Of a stretch of 64,000 nucleotides of DNA, positions 1 to 10,300 are shown in pieces. A program made the position numbers and the translations under genes. The notes under the pieces are model-generated. The model was not told where the DNA came from. It ran no database searches and saw nothing but the letters and a program-made list of their open reading frames with translations. Origin of the DNA: Desulfatiglandales bacterium (lineage in GTDB: Bacteria; Desulfobacterota; DSM-4660; Desulfatiglandales; Desulfatiglandaceae); assembly GCA_963662465.1 (NCBI GenBank), contig OY759599.1, positions 2,688,001 to 2,752,000 of the forward strand. The letters are read 5' to 3'. The stretch's first letter is position 1; each line of letters begins with the position of its first letter.

Positions 1-122
1 GGGTCGCAGTTATAAATGTCGATGGCCGAAGCGATTCCCCAAGCGTTGCGGGCGATGGCGGTTTCCATCCAATTCCCGTCAACGGTTTCGAACTCTTTTT
101 CAATTCTGTTGATATTCAGCAT
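1..122 (-). CDS. speD: S-adenosylmethionine decarboxylase-family protein, N-terminal part (runs off the window start)
   Basis: My translation of the reverse complement from ATG at 122 is MLNINRIEKEFETVDGNWMETAIARNAWGIASAIDIYNCDP. The WG.....D.Y.CDP pattern resembles the N-terminus of prokaryotic SpeD-like proteins. AGAAAGGA RBS upstream. Confidence 0.55.
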   Translation of the reverse strand, partial: MLNINRIEKEFETVDGNWMETAIARNAWGIASAIDIYNCD

Positions 123-209
123 ATTTTTCCTTTCTCTGAGAGCATGAGTCGACACTGTTTTTCATCCTCGGCCACAACCGACGCCGAAGAGATGGTTTTG
201 GTGATCGAC

Positions 210-226
210 AGCATACATCGTGCCAA
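210..226 (-). promoter_or_regulatory. sigma54 (-24/-12) promoter for the SpeD-like gene
   Basis: Minus strand reads TTGGCACGATGTATGCT: TGGCACG with exact GG-N10-GC spacing, about 90 bp upstream of the ATG, next to a divergent sigma54 activator gene. Confidence 0.75.
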
Positions 227-602
227 TGAAAGAGAAATTCACAACTTATTGTTAATATGGAAAAATTGGCTTTACTCGCCGATCAGAATTGTTAAAGGGA
301 GGCTAAAATAAGAAATTGATTGCCATTTACAGTAAAAAACGGTATTTGTTTTCTGGTAATGGCCTGATTTTTCCCTGAACAGGGGGGCGCAGGCTGACGC
401 TTTCAGAATTAGGGCTTGACATAATTCCTGTCCAACCCCCCTATTTTCCTTTTAAGCGTCATAAATAATAACGTTTTTTTATTTTACCAGACGTTTTGTC
501 GCCATCAGTCGGCGATCGCTGGACAAAAACATATCGGTAAATGATTACCGAAAACAACGCCCGGTCCGGAAAGAACCGGGCCTACACCCCGAGGAAAAAC
601 CC

Positions 603-2021
603 ATGCTGATTCGACTGGCCTTTTCGATTCGAAGCAAAAAGCTGGAAAACCAGCTCAAACGCCGTTTCCTTCTTTCCGATGTCCGAGTGGAAAGTTACGG
701 ACAGCTCTCAACCCCCTGGCAGAAGGTGGTTCGAAGCTGCTCGGACATCATCGTCATCAGCGAATCGTTGCTGCCGCGCCCGGTCGAATCCGGGATCGCC
801 ATACTCAACGATCTTCCGGAAAACCCCACCACGGTGGTCCTCTGCAACAACGACTCGGCCGAAGAGCAGGCCAGGCTGGTGGCCGCCGGCGCCGACGTGG
901 TGCTCTACTCCGGCATTTCCGAAAAAAGCCTTGCCGAGGCTATCGAACGGACACTCGAATCCAGACGCCAGCTCCACCAGATAGACCGCTTTGATCGAAA
1001 AGGGTCCAGCCGCCCCCGGATCGACGACTTCATCTCCGACAGCGGAAAGATGCAAATGTTCATGGACGAGGTCCACCAGATCATCCCCAGCAGCTCGGTT
1101 CTTCTGATTACCGGCGAAACCGGCGTGGGGAAAGAACACCTGGCAAAGGCGATCCATGCTGAAAGTCCCCGGTCAGCGGGGCCGTTTATCGCCGTTAACA
1201 CCGCGGCCCTTCCCGAACAGCTTCTTGAAAGCGAACTCTTCGGCCACGAGCAGGGGGCCTTTACCGGCGCCGTACGATCCCGCCGGGGCGCCTTCGAACT
1301 GGCTCACGGCGGAACGATCTTTCTCGATGAGATCGGGGAGATGCCGCTGCACCTGCAGACCAAACTGCTGCGGGTTCTGCAGGACTACGAGGTGCAGCCC
1401 GTCGGCAGCGAAGCGCCTATCTGGGTGGATGTCCGGATCATCGCCGCCTCGAACCGGAACCTCGAAGAAGAGGTGGCAGCGGGAAATTTCCGCAAGGATC
1501 TATACTATCGGCTCAGCGTGGTGACGCTCACCATTCCCCCGCTGCGCCTCCGCAGAGAAGATATTCCAACCCTGGTCGAGTATTATGTGAATTTTTACCA
1601 GCAGAAGATCGGCCGAGACGTCACCCGGATTTCGGACGCCGCCATGCAAGCGTTTTGCCGCTACGACTGGCCCGGCAACGTTCGCGAACTAATGAACGTA
1701 ATCGAGCGGGCCATGTTGCTGTGCAAGGGGGATGAAATCACCACGAAGAACCTGCCCAGCGTCCTGCAGGAAGACGCCGGGGACATGGAAACCGTCTTTT
1801 CAGGGGGCGCCGGGTTGAACCTGTCATCCTGGCGGGGGAAAACCCTCTTGGAGGTTCAGAAAGAGGCCCTGGACCACGTGGAACGGCTCTATCTGGAAAT
1901 GATCCTTTCCGAGACCGGCGGACGGGTGGGCGAAGCCGCCCTGAAGGCAGGGATTCATCAGCGAAGTCTCTACAACAAAATGAAACGGCTGAGCCTTAAA
2001 AAGGAGTCGTTTCGGCGCTGA
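603..2021 (+). CDS. sigma54-dependent transcriptional activator (NtrC-family bEBP) with degenerate receiver-like N-terminus
   Basis: Walker A GETGVGKE, ESELFGHEQGAFTGA (GAFTGA loop), FLDEIGE Walker B, WPGNVREL and a C-terminal Fis-type HTH. Confidence 0.93.
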   Translation: MLIRLAFSIRSKKLENQLKRRFLLSDVRVESYGQLSTPWQKVVRSCSDIIVISESLLPRPVESGIAILNDLPENPTTVVLCNNDSAEEQARLVAAGADVVLYSGISEKSLAEAIERTLESRRQLHQIDRFDRKGSSRPRIDDFISDSGKMQMFMDEVHQIIPSSSVLLITGETGVGKEHLAKAIHAESPRSAGPFIAVNTAALPEQLLESELFGHEQGAFTGAVRSRRGAFELAHGGTIFLDEIGEMPLHLQTKLLRVLQDYEVQPVGSEAPIWVDVRIIAASNRNLEEEVAAGNFRKDLYYRLSVVTLTIPPLRLRREDIPTLVEYYVNFYQQKIGRDVTRISDAAMQAFCRYDWPGNVRELMNVIERAMLLCKGDEITTKNLPSVLQEDAGDMETVFSGGAGLNLSSWRGKTLLEVQKEALDHVERLYLEMILSETGGRVGEAALKAGIHQRSLYNKMKRLSLKKESFRR

Positions 2022-2066
2022 CAAAAAATTGAAAGGCAGAGCGGGGACCAAGGGAACCCGCGACCC

Positions 2067-2570
2067 TCAAATTCCGGAGTAATGGTTAAGTTTATCTTTC
2101 CAGAATTCCTTTTCCTGCTCCCGCCATTCGGTGCCGTAGAATCGCCTGTCATAGAATCTACCCAGTCTATCAAACCACTTGAGCCACGGATTCTTCTTCT
2201 TATCCCTGGCTTCGATGACATCCGCGACAAAAAGATGAATATCCTTCATCTCCTCCTTAGGCGCAAAATAGGCGGCCCCTTCCTCCGCGGATCGTTTGAG
2301 ACTTTCCTCCGTGAGGGCATGGGCCGTCAGCATAAGGGCGGGGACATTCTGTTTTCTCGCAATCTCCAGGAGTTCAAATCCCTTCACCCCCATAATATCC
2401 AGGATCGCCACATCATATTCCTCGTTTTCGAGTAAAGCCTTCGCTTCCTCGAAGGAGGAGGCTGTGTCAATCTTGCATGTGTCCAACAGCTCAATCAGCT
2501 CTTCCAGCACATCCTCCTCGTCATCGACAATAAGTATCTTCCTGCCCCTTATCAGTTTTTCCGCATCCAT
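2067..2570 (-). CDS. single-domain response regulator (REC) with Trp-rich C-terminal extension
   Basis: ILIVDDE, AILDIMG (phospho-Asp), MLTA and APK. Paralogue of 26130..26618. Confidence 0.88.
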   Translation of the reverse strand: MDAEKLIRGRKILIVDDEEDVLEELIELLDTCKIDTASSFEEAKALLENEEYDVAILDIMGVKGFELLEIARKQNVPALMLTAHALTEESLKRSAEEGAAYFAPKEEMKDIHLFVADVIEARDKKKNPWLKWFDRLGRFYDRRFYGTEWREQEKEFWKDKLNHYSGI

Positions 2571-2660
2571 TCTCTATTCCTCCTCGTTGCCATATTTGTC
2601 TCGGGAAGCAGCAGATCAGTTCTTCCCAGCCATGCCTCATCTTATTAAAATCACTGACAA

Positions 2661-2677
2661 TGCTATGCTCTTGCCAA
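2661..2677 (-). promoter_or_regulatory. possible sigma54 promoter for the REC gene
   Basis: Minus strand TTGGCAAGAGCATAGCA has GG-N10-GC spacing about 90 bp upstream of the ATG at 2570; the -12 box is imperfect. Confidence 0.35.
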
Positions 2678-2856
2678 AGCCGCATCTTGCAGTCCTTCAA
2701 ACAAAAGACTGTTTATTATGCACGGTTTTGTATAAAAGTCGAGGCTATTCAGCAATTATCAGCAATTCTAAATTTGAACGGGGTCTAAACCGTTTTCTAG
2801 CTTATCCGCCGGTTTTAGATTGGGATATCCTCTATTTGTGAATGCGGGCATTGGTC

Positions 2857-2952
2857 CAGAAAAAAGCAGCCGACATCCTGGGGTTGATCTATCACCAGTT
2901 CCGCGGCCTCTATCGAACAGTGAAAAACGATTTAAAACAATCAAAGCGCTGA
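2857..2952 (+). pseudogene. remnant 3' end (HTH) of a PspF/NtrC-type activator gene
   Basis: The + frame reads QKKAADILGLIYHQFRGLYRTVKNDLKQSKR*, matching the PspF-like C-terminal pattern NQ.KAA.LLGLTYHQFR. No upstream coding body. Confidence 0.55.
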
Positions 2953-3128
2953 GGATGAACAGTATCGAGAGCCTCAAACGGTACGATTTCCCTTTCAAAC
3001 TCCAGAAATTCGCCCTCTCTCCATGTCCTGGTAAGTTTACCAAGACCATTGTCAAAGCTCCATTTCAGGTCTAGTCCGAGGGCCTGGTGCAGTAGATCAA
3101 TAACGGTTTGGTTGATTGACTCACCCAT
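2953..3128 (-). pseudogene. remnant of a ribbon-helix-helix (FitA/VapB-like) antitoxin gene
   Basis: SINQTVIDLLHQALGL...NGLGKLTRTWREGEFLEFE...PFEALD resembles the C-terminal two-thirds of small RHH antitoxins. The N-terminus and a toxin partner are absent. Confidence 0.4.
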
Positions 3129-3313
3129 CCACAACCCAAAGGACAGCATTTTTTTGACCATGAATATGGACAGAAAATTAATTTGATGGTAAGAGAGGCG
3201 GCTGTTGTTACGCTGACTTCTGCTTGAAATGAATTTGGGGGAAACGCGTTTCACCTACAAAGGGTATCGAAATAAGAGCGATCTCCCGGTTATTTGCTTT
3301 TCAAGAAGGAGGA

Positions 3314-6184
3314 TTGGGTATGAAGCGGTTGTTGGCAGTATGCGCTATTTTGTTTGCGGTCTTTTTTGGGGTCAGTGCCCATGCACATTTGATAGGAGTG
3401 GATTTTAATTATCGATCAAGTTATCCGACTCCCACAAACTGGACGAGTGTTTCCACCTGGGGAACGACCGATTCCTTGGGAACTGAAACCGGTGGATCGA
3501 CGGAGGTGAACCTTGCAGTCACGAATATCGCTTCAAAAGAACCGCCAAACAGAGGCTTTTATTATGCCGCTGTCAATGCTGTAACCATACCCCAGCATGC
3601 GCCTTCCCTGGCAAACATTGGAGGGAATATCTATGGATTTGCAATGCCTGGATCTTTGGCTAAACTGGAATTGAAGTTCACAGGGCTTGATGGGGGGAAA
3701 AGCTATAAAATCTGGGTTTTTGGTTTGAGAACCGGTGGCGAAGGGGTATACCAAGATGTGTCTATAGAGGGGCTTGCTACAATATCCTTCCCACAACAAG
3801 CAATTAGCGGAAACCTCGTTGTAAATAATTCTTTGGGCAACGAGAACTTCGATTTATCAAGTTATGCAAAAGACATAACGCCCTCTGCCCTTGGTGAAAT
3901 TATCATTACAATTACTTCAAACCCACTCTCATCTGACAAGCTTTATTCCCTCGCGGGCGTTGCCATTGATGTTCCCACGCCCACGGTAACCACCCAGGCG
4001 GTGACCGGTGTTGGAACAACCACCGCCATCGGGAACGGCAATATTACCAATCTCGGTGATCCCAACCCCACCCAACACGGTGTCTGCTGGAACACCACCG
4101 GGACGCCCACCACTGCGGATAGCAAAACAGAAGAGGGTGCGGCAAGTGAGACCGGCGCCTTCACTTCCAATATGACAGGGCTATCCAACGGCACCACCTA
4201 CTATGTCAGGGCATACGCCACCAACGCTGTTGGTACCGAATACGGTGAAGAGGTTAATTTTACAGCCACTGAGCGAGCACCCACGGTAACAACTCAAGCG
4301 GTCACCGGCATCGGCATAAACGCGGCAACAGGCAACGGCAATATCACGGATTTGGGCGATCCCAACCCCACCCAGCATGGGGTGTGCTGGAACACCACAG
4401 GCAATCCAACCGTTGCCGATTCCCACAAGGACAACGGGGCGGCTTCGACCACAGGGGTCTATACCGCAGACATCACCGGCCTGACGGAAGGAACAACCTA
4501 TTATGTGAAAGCCTATGCCACCAATACGGAGGGAACGGTCTATGGGGCTCAGGTGGCGTTTAAGACCAACGTGACCTTGACCATGGCCCGAACCCCGGAA
4601 GCAGGAGGCACAACCACGCCCGTGGCGGGATCCACCACCAGCGTGGCGGCCGGCGTGGCGCAGAATATCACAGCCTCACCCGCCACGGGATATCATTTTA
4701 TTAACTGGACGGCAGCCCCGTCCGGAAATGCCACCTTCGAAAACGCGTCCAATGCCGCTACCTCCGTCACCCTCACGGGCTCGGCCACGGTCACAGCCAA
4801 CTTTGCCATCAACACCTATACCCTGACCGCCGCTACGAACCCTGTGGTCGGCGGTACGGTAACCAAGAATCCCGATCAGGGCACCTACGACCACGGCTCA
4901 AACGTTCAGGTCACAGCCACAGCCAACGCCAATTACGTCTTTACGGGCTGGTCCGGTAATCTCTCCGGCGCCGCCAATCCCACTTCCATCACCATGGACG
5001 GAAACAAAAACGTCACCGCCAACTTCGCGCTCACATACACCGTTACCTACAACGGCAACGGGAATACCGGCGGCAGCGCACCCACGGACGGCAATGCCTA
5101 CCAGGCAGGCGCCGATGTGACGGTTCTTGGGAACACCGGCGCTCTGGTTAAAACGGGCTATATGTTCAAAGACTGGAACACGGCGGCGGACGGCAATGGG
5201 ACATCCTATGCGCCTGGAGCAAACTTCTTTATGCCCGGGGCCAACGTGATGCTCTATGCTCAGTGGACCGCTAACGAGTACACCGTAACATTTGATGCCA
5301 ACGGCGGGACCGACCCCGTACCTGCGAACAAATCGGTCACCTATAATGAAGCCTATGGGCAACTGGCGGAAACCACACGGGATGCGTATTCCTTCGCCGG
5401 TTGGTTCACAGCAGCCACCGGCGGGACCCAGATAACATCGGAAACCGTTGTGAATAGCGCTGAAAATCACACGCTTTACGCCCAATGGACGCACATTCCC
5501 TACTACATGGCCAAAAATGCCGGCAACTGGAGCAATACGGGTATCTGGTTCACCAACACCACCGGCGGCACAAACCCTGCCGACTACGCCACCCCTGCCA
5601 CTGAGATGCCGAACGCGAACAACTCACTGGGAATTATCGTCAACGCCCTTGTAGCGGTAGATACGGCTGTAACCATTGATCAGACTACGGTCAATGGGGA
5701 AAAGACCCTCACAGTGAATAATGAGGTAACCCTTACCCTGGCCAACGGCACAGGAACAGACCTGACCGTTTTCGGAGTTTTCACCAATAATGGAACCGTT
5801 ATCTGCAATGCCGGAACAACGGTTGATTTCGCTGGTGTGGACCAGATTCTACCAGCCATCACCTATCAGCATCTGACCACCTCGGGCGCCGGAACCAAAA
5901 CCCTGGGAGGCGACATCATCCTGAGAGGAAACCTCACCATCGGCGCCGGTACAATACTGGATGGGAGCGAAAACAATTACGGCATTTCCATTGATGGCAA
6001 CTGGACCAACAACGGCACGTTTACGGCTCGAGAGGGCGAAGTGCGTTTTGAAGGTTCCGCGGTACAAAGCATCACGGGAACGCCTTCGTTCCATAACCTG
6101 ACCATTGCAAATACAGTTTCAGTGGATGCATCCGGATGCACCGCCCTGACGGTCCGGATGCACCGCCCTGACGGTTGCAGTTGA
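3314..6184 (+). CDS. giant surface/secreted protein, part 1 (signal peptide, FN3-like repeats, InlB-B/Listeria-Bacteroides repeats, Thr/Gly/Asn-rich beta-solenoid-like region); frameshifted
   Basis: Signal peptide MKRLLAVCAILFAVFFGVSAHA; PTVTTQAVT..HGVCWNTTG.PT..YYVRAYATN repeats; YTVTFDANGG..LYAQW repeats. The ORF ends just after a 22-bp tandem duplication. Confidence 0.85.
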   Translation: MGMKRLLAVCAILFAVFFGVSAHAHLIGVDFNYRSSYPTPTNWTSVSTWGTTDSLGTETGGSTEVNLAVTNIASKEPPNRGFYYAAVNAVTIPQHAPSLANIGGNIYGFAMPGSLAKLELKFTGLDGGKSYKIWVFGLRTGGEGVYQDVSIEGLATISFPQQAISGNLVVNNSLGNENFDLSSYAKDITPSALGEIIITITSNPLSSDKLYSLAGVAIDVPTPTVTTQAVTGVGTTTAIGNGNITNLGDPNPTQHGVCWNTTGTPTTADSKTEEGAASETGAFTSNMTGLSNGTTYYVRAYATNAVGTEYGEEVNFTATERAPTVTTQAVTGIGINAATGNGNITDLGDPNPTQHGVCWNTTGNPTVADSHKDNGAASTTGVYTADITGLTEGTTYYVKAYATNTEGTVYGAQVAFKTNVTLTMARTPEAGGTTTPVAGSTTSVAAGVAQNITASPATGYHFINWTAAPSGNATFENASNAATSVTLTGSATVTANFAINTYTLTAATNPVVGGTVTKNPDQGTYDHGSNVQVTATANANYVFTGWSGNLSGAANPTSITMDGNKNVTANFALTYTVTYNGNGNTGGSAPTDGNAYQAGADVTVLGNTGALVKTGYMFKDWNTAADGNGTSYAPGANFFMPGANVMLYAQWTANEYTVTFDANGGTDPVPANKSVTYNEAYGQLAETTRDAYSFAGWFTAATGGTQITSETVVNSAENHTLYAQWTHIPYYMAKNAGNWSNTGIWFTNTTGGTNPADYATPATEMPNANNSLGIIVNALVAVDTAVTIDQTTVNGEKTLTVNNEVTLTLANGTGTDLTVFGVFTNNGTVICNAGTTVDFAGVDQILPAITYQHLTTSGAGTKTLGGDIILRGNLTIGAGTILDGSENNYGISIDGNWTNNGTFTAREGEVRFEGSAVQSITGTPSFHNLTIANTVSVDASGCTALTVRMHRPDGCS
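6131..6174 (+). repeat. perfect 22-bp tandem duplication at the first frameshift
   Basis: TCCGGATGCACCGCCCTGACGG twice (6131-6152 and 6153-6174). Confidence 0.95.
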
Positions 6185-7215
6185 CCGTGAATACCGGAAC
6201 CTTTACCAGCGCCTCGGACTATCACCATGTGAGCATTGCCGCAGGTGCGACCCTGGCTCAGTCGGGCAACATAACGGTCAGCGGCAACTGGAACAATGCC
6301 GGTACACTGACCCATAATAACCACACCGTAATCCTTGATGGCGGAGATCAGCAGGTCCTGGGCGATACGGACTTTTTTAACCTGATGAAAACCGTTGCCA
6401 GTGCCGTTACCCTGACCTTCGAGGCCGGGAAAACCACAACGCTGGGTGGCGCCCTGACCCTTCAGGGTGTAACAGGTCAGCTTCTGTTCCTGCGCAGCAG
6501 CACTCCGGGAACCCGGTGGAACATCAACCCCCGAGGCACGCGAACCATCGGCTATGTAGATGTGCAGGATTCCAATAACACTAACGGCGCGGCCATCAAC
6601 GCCGGAGAGGGAAGCATCAACTCAAACAACACTGTGAACTGGTTGTTCTATCCCGATGTGACGACTCAGGCGGTCACCGGCATCGGCATAAACGCGGCAA
6701 CAGGCAACGGCAATATCACGGATCTGGGTATTCCCAATCCCACGGCCCATGGGGTATGCTGGGGCACGAGTACCAATCCAACCACCAGCGACGGCAAAAA
6801 GGACATGGGTGCGACAACATCCACGGGAGCCTTTACAACAGCCATCACCGGGCTTGGCGCCGCCACCGCTTACCATGTGCGAGCCTTTGCCACAAACACG
6901 GCTGGGACCAGTTATGGTGAGGATGTAACTTTTACGACCCTGCCCAACCCGCCGGGTGTACCGGTCGCAAAGGCCGCCACCGCTAGTAACGCAACCGGAT
7001 TTACCGCTAACTGGAACACCAGCACAGGCGCCACCGGTTATCGTCTGGACGTGGCGACCAACAGCGCGTTTACCAGCTATGTGAGCGGATACCAGGATAA
7101 AGATGTGGGCAATGTCACCACTACCAACATTTCAGGCCTGTCGGGCGGCGCCTCCTACTATTATCGGGTGCGGCAAAGAATACCGGCGGCGCCAGCGAAA
7201 ACTCCAATACCATAA
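6175..7215 (+). CDS. giant surface protein, part 2 (continuation after frameshift; FN3 repeats)
   Basis: No signal peptide; continues the same repeat types. Loses frame at ~7173, where CGGGCA has become CGGCA. Confidence 0.75.
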   Translation: MQLTVNTGTFTSASDYHHVSIAAGATLAQSGNITVSGNWNNAGTLTHNNHTVILDGGDQQVLGDTDFFNLMKTVASAVTLTFEAGKTTTLGGALTLQGVTGQLLFLRSSTPGTRWNINPRGTRTIGYVDVQDSNNTNGAAINAGEGSINSNNTVNWLFYPDVTTQAVTGIGINAATGNGNITDLGIPNPTAHGVCWGTSTNPTTSDGKKDMGATTSTGAFTTAITGLGAATAYHVRAFATNTAGTSYGEDVTFTTLPNPPGVPVAKAATASNATGFTANWNTSTGATGYRLDVATNSAFTSYVSGYQDKDVGNVTTTNISGLSGGASYYYRVRQRIPAAPAKTPIP

Positions 7216-7328
7216 CCGCCACCACGCTCTGCACGGCGCCTGTAGCTACCGCCGGCACAAACATAACCCAGACCGGTTTTACCGCCAACTGGAACGTCGT
7301 CACCGGGGCCACAGGTTATCGGATAGAC

Positions 7329-10300
7329 GTGGCGACCAACAGCACGTTCACCAGCTATGTGAGCGGGTACCAGAATAAAGACGTGGGCAATGTCACCACG
7401 ATCAACGTTTCAGGTCTGTCGGGCGGCGCCTCCTACTATTATCGGGTGCGGGCGCAAAACGCTATCGGCGCCGGCGAAAACTCCAATACCATCAACGTAG
7501 GCACGGGTGAACTGCCCACCCAGGTGAGCCTGGTAGGACCCGGCACGGTAAACGTGGGAACGGTATCCACGGCCTTTACACTCACCAGCCGGGACAAGAA
7601 CGGAGACCCGGTGGACGTGAATCAGGATACGGTGTTTGATTTGACGTCCACTTCCAGCGCTATTTACGGATTTTACCGGGACAGCACGGGGAAACTAGCC
7701 ATTACCCAGGTCACCATCACCGTTGGAAGTCAAACAACTACCTTTTACTACAAGGATACGGCATCCGGTACTCCCACGTTGACCGCCACCCATAAAAGCG
7801 GCATGACCCTGGGCGCTGCAAACCATTCGATCACCGTGCAGGGAGGAACAGTCTCGGGGATCGTTTTTGATGATCTAAATGGTAACGGCATTCAGGATAC
7901 CGGTGAACCCGGTATCTCGGGCGTCACAGTGAAACTGCTGAACAGTGAGGGGGTTGTTTCAAAGACCGATGCCACCAACAATGACGGCAGCTACCGATTC
8001 ACCAGCGTCAGCGCCGGTATTTACACCGTGGAGGAAACGGATCCCGCGGGATATGCCAGCACCACCGGCAACAGGGTTACCGTATCGGTTTCATCCAATG
8101 GTTCGGCCAGTGCCAATTTCGGTGATCAGAACCAGGGAACCGTTTCCGGCACCGTCTTTCTGGATGTCAACGGCAGCGGCATACAGGATCCAAATGAGCC
8201 TGGCATCAGCGGTGTTACCATGAAATTGATGAACAGCGAAGGAGGTGTTTCCCAGACCGATATCACCGATAATGACGGCAATTATGCCTTCAGCGGCGTG
8301 AGCGCCGGGACGTACAGAGTTCAGGAGACAGACCCCGCTGGTTATACCAGCACCACCAACAACATCGTTCCACTGTCCATCATTTCCGGAGGATCCGCCG
8401 GCGCCAACTTCGGAGATAAGATTCAGGGGACAATTTCCGGTCATGTGTTTCTAGACATCAACGGCAGCGGCATACAGAACGCGGATGAACCGGGGATCAG
8501 CGGCGTTACCGTAAAACTGCTGAACAGCCAGGGGGGTGTTTTAAAAACGGACAACACCGAGGCGAATGGGAGTTACGGGTTTACCGGGGTAACCTCGGGG
8601 GCCTACAAAGTCCAGGAGACGGACCCCGCGGGGTATATCAGCACCACGGACAACACGGTTCCGGTGTCTGTGACCGGTTCAGGGGGTGTGACAGCGAACT
8701 TCGGGGACCAGGAAAGCGGGACCATCTCCGGTACGGTTTTTAGCGACATCAATGGAGACGGCATCCGGAACGAATTAGAAAAGGGTCTTGGGGGTGTAAC
8801 CGTGACACTATTGGTCAATGGATACATGTTGTCCAGTACCCTCACCGGCGGAGACGGCAGTTACAATTTTACCGGGCTGAGCGCCGGCGCCTACACCATA
8901 GAGGAAACGGATCCTTCCGGATATGGCAGCACCACTGACAACAGTATTAGCGTCACTGTGGGCTCAGCGGCCGCCACAGCCAGTTTCGGGGATATTCCCC
9001 TTGGGACCGTATCCGGGGTGGTGTTTAATGACACCAACGGCAATGGTCGACAGGACCCAAATGAAAAAGGGATTGGCGGGGTCACGATAAACCTGCTGGA
9101 TGCCCAGGATGCGCTTGTTGAAACCATTACCACCGCCGGTGACGGGGTTTACCTGTTCCAGAACCTCTCTGCCGGGACTTACACTGTGGAGGAAATCTAT
9201 CCATCCGGCTACACCGGTACAACCATCAACCGGGTAACAGTAACAGTGGGTGCGCAGGCAGCGGCCGAAAGCAGTGTGGCAACAGCGAACCGGGGAGTGG
9301 CAGCCGCCAACTTCGGCGTACTCCAGCAGGAATCCGTATCCGGGGTAGTGTTTAACGACACCAACAGCGGTGGCACGCAGGATTCCGGGGAAAACGGGGT
9401 GGGCGGGGTCTTAATTACACTGCTGGATGACAAGGGATCGACGGTTTCCGGCGCCCATACGGCGGGAGATGGCACTTACGGTTTTTACAACCTGCAACCG
9501 GGTGATTATGACATTGAGGAGACCTATCCAACCGGTTACACCGGCACCACCCCTCGAACCGTATCCGTCACTGTAACCGACGGTGGCGCCGCCACGGCCG
9601 GCTTTGGTATTCTGCAGGGGGACATCCCTGACCAGGTAACCCTTGAGGGTCCATCATCGGCAGCCCTGAACCAAGTATCCAATGTCTTTACCCTCACCAG
9701 CAAGAATAGTAATGGGGATATCTCCAACGTCACAAGCGATACCGTATTTTCCCTTGCGTCCAACTCGACCGGCGCCGCGAACTTCTACAGTGATGCGGCA
9801 GCCACCACAGTCATCACCCAGATGACCATTTTTGACGGTAATAACAGCGCCTCCTTCTATTATAAAGACACGGCGCCGGGCAACCCCACCATCACCGCCA
9901 CTCGCACCAGCGGCATGAATCTGGGAGCAGACACCTATCAAGTAACGGTGAACGGTTCTCCGAACACCCAGGCCGGCAATATCGTTTTCAGTAATATAAC
10001 CGGTACGGGAATGAAGGTGGCCTGGACCCGCGGCAACGGGGAAAAGGTCCTGATTGTGGTACACAAGGGGAGTGCCGTGGACACTAACCCTGTGGACAAT
10101 ACCGCCTATACGGCCAATGCAACCTTTGGTGGCGGCAGTGAGATCGGTACGGGAAACTTTGTGGTGTACAAGGGAACCGGAACGTCTGTGATTTTGACCG
10201 GCCTGTCAGCGGGCTGGATCTATTACGTACGGGCCTATGAATTTAATGATATCGTTGACGAGGTCTATAATACCAACACAGCCGCGAACAACCCCAACAG

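Noticed and set aside
6175..6184. TGA at the end of adhesin part 1 as selenocysteine or read-through
   Set aside because: The continuation is in a different frame, so the stop is a consequence of the frameshift.
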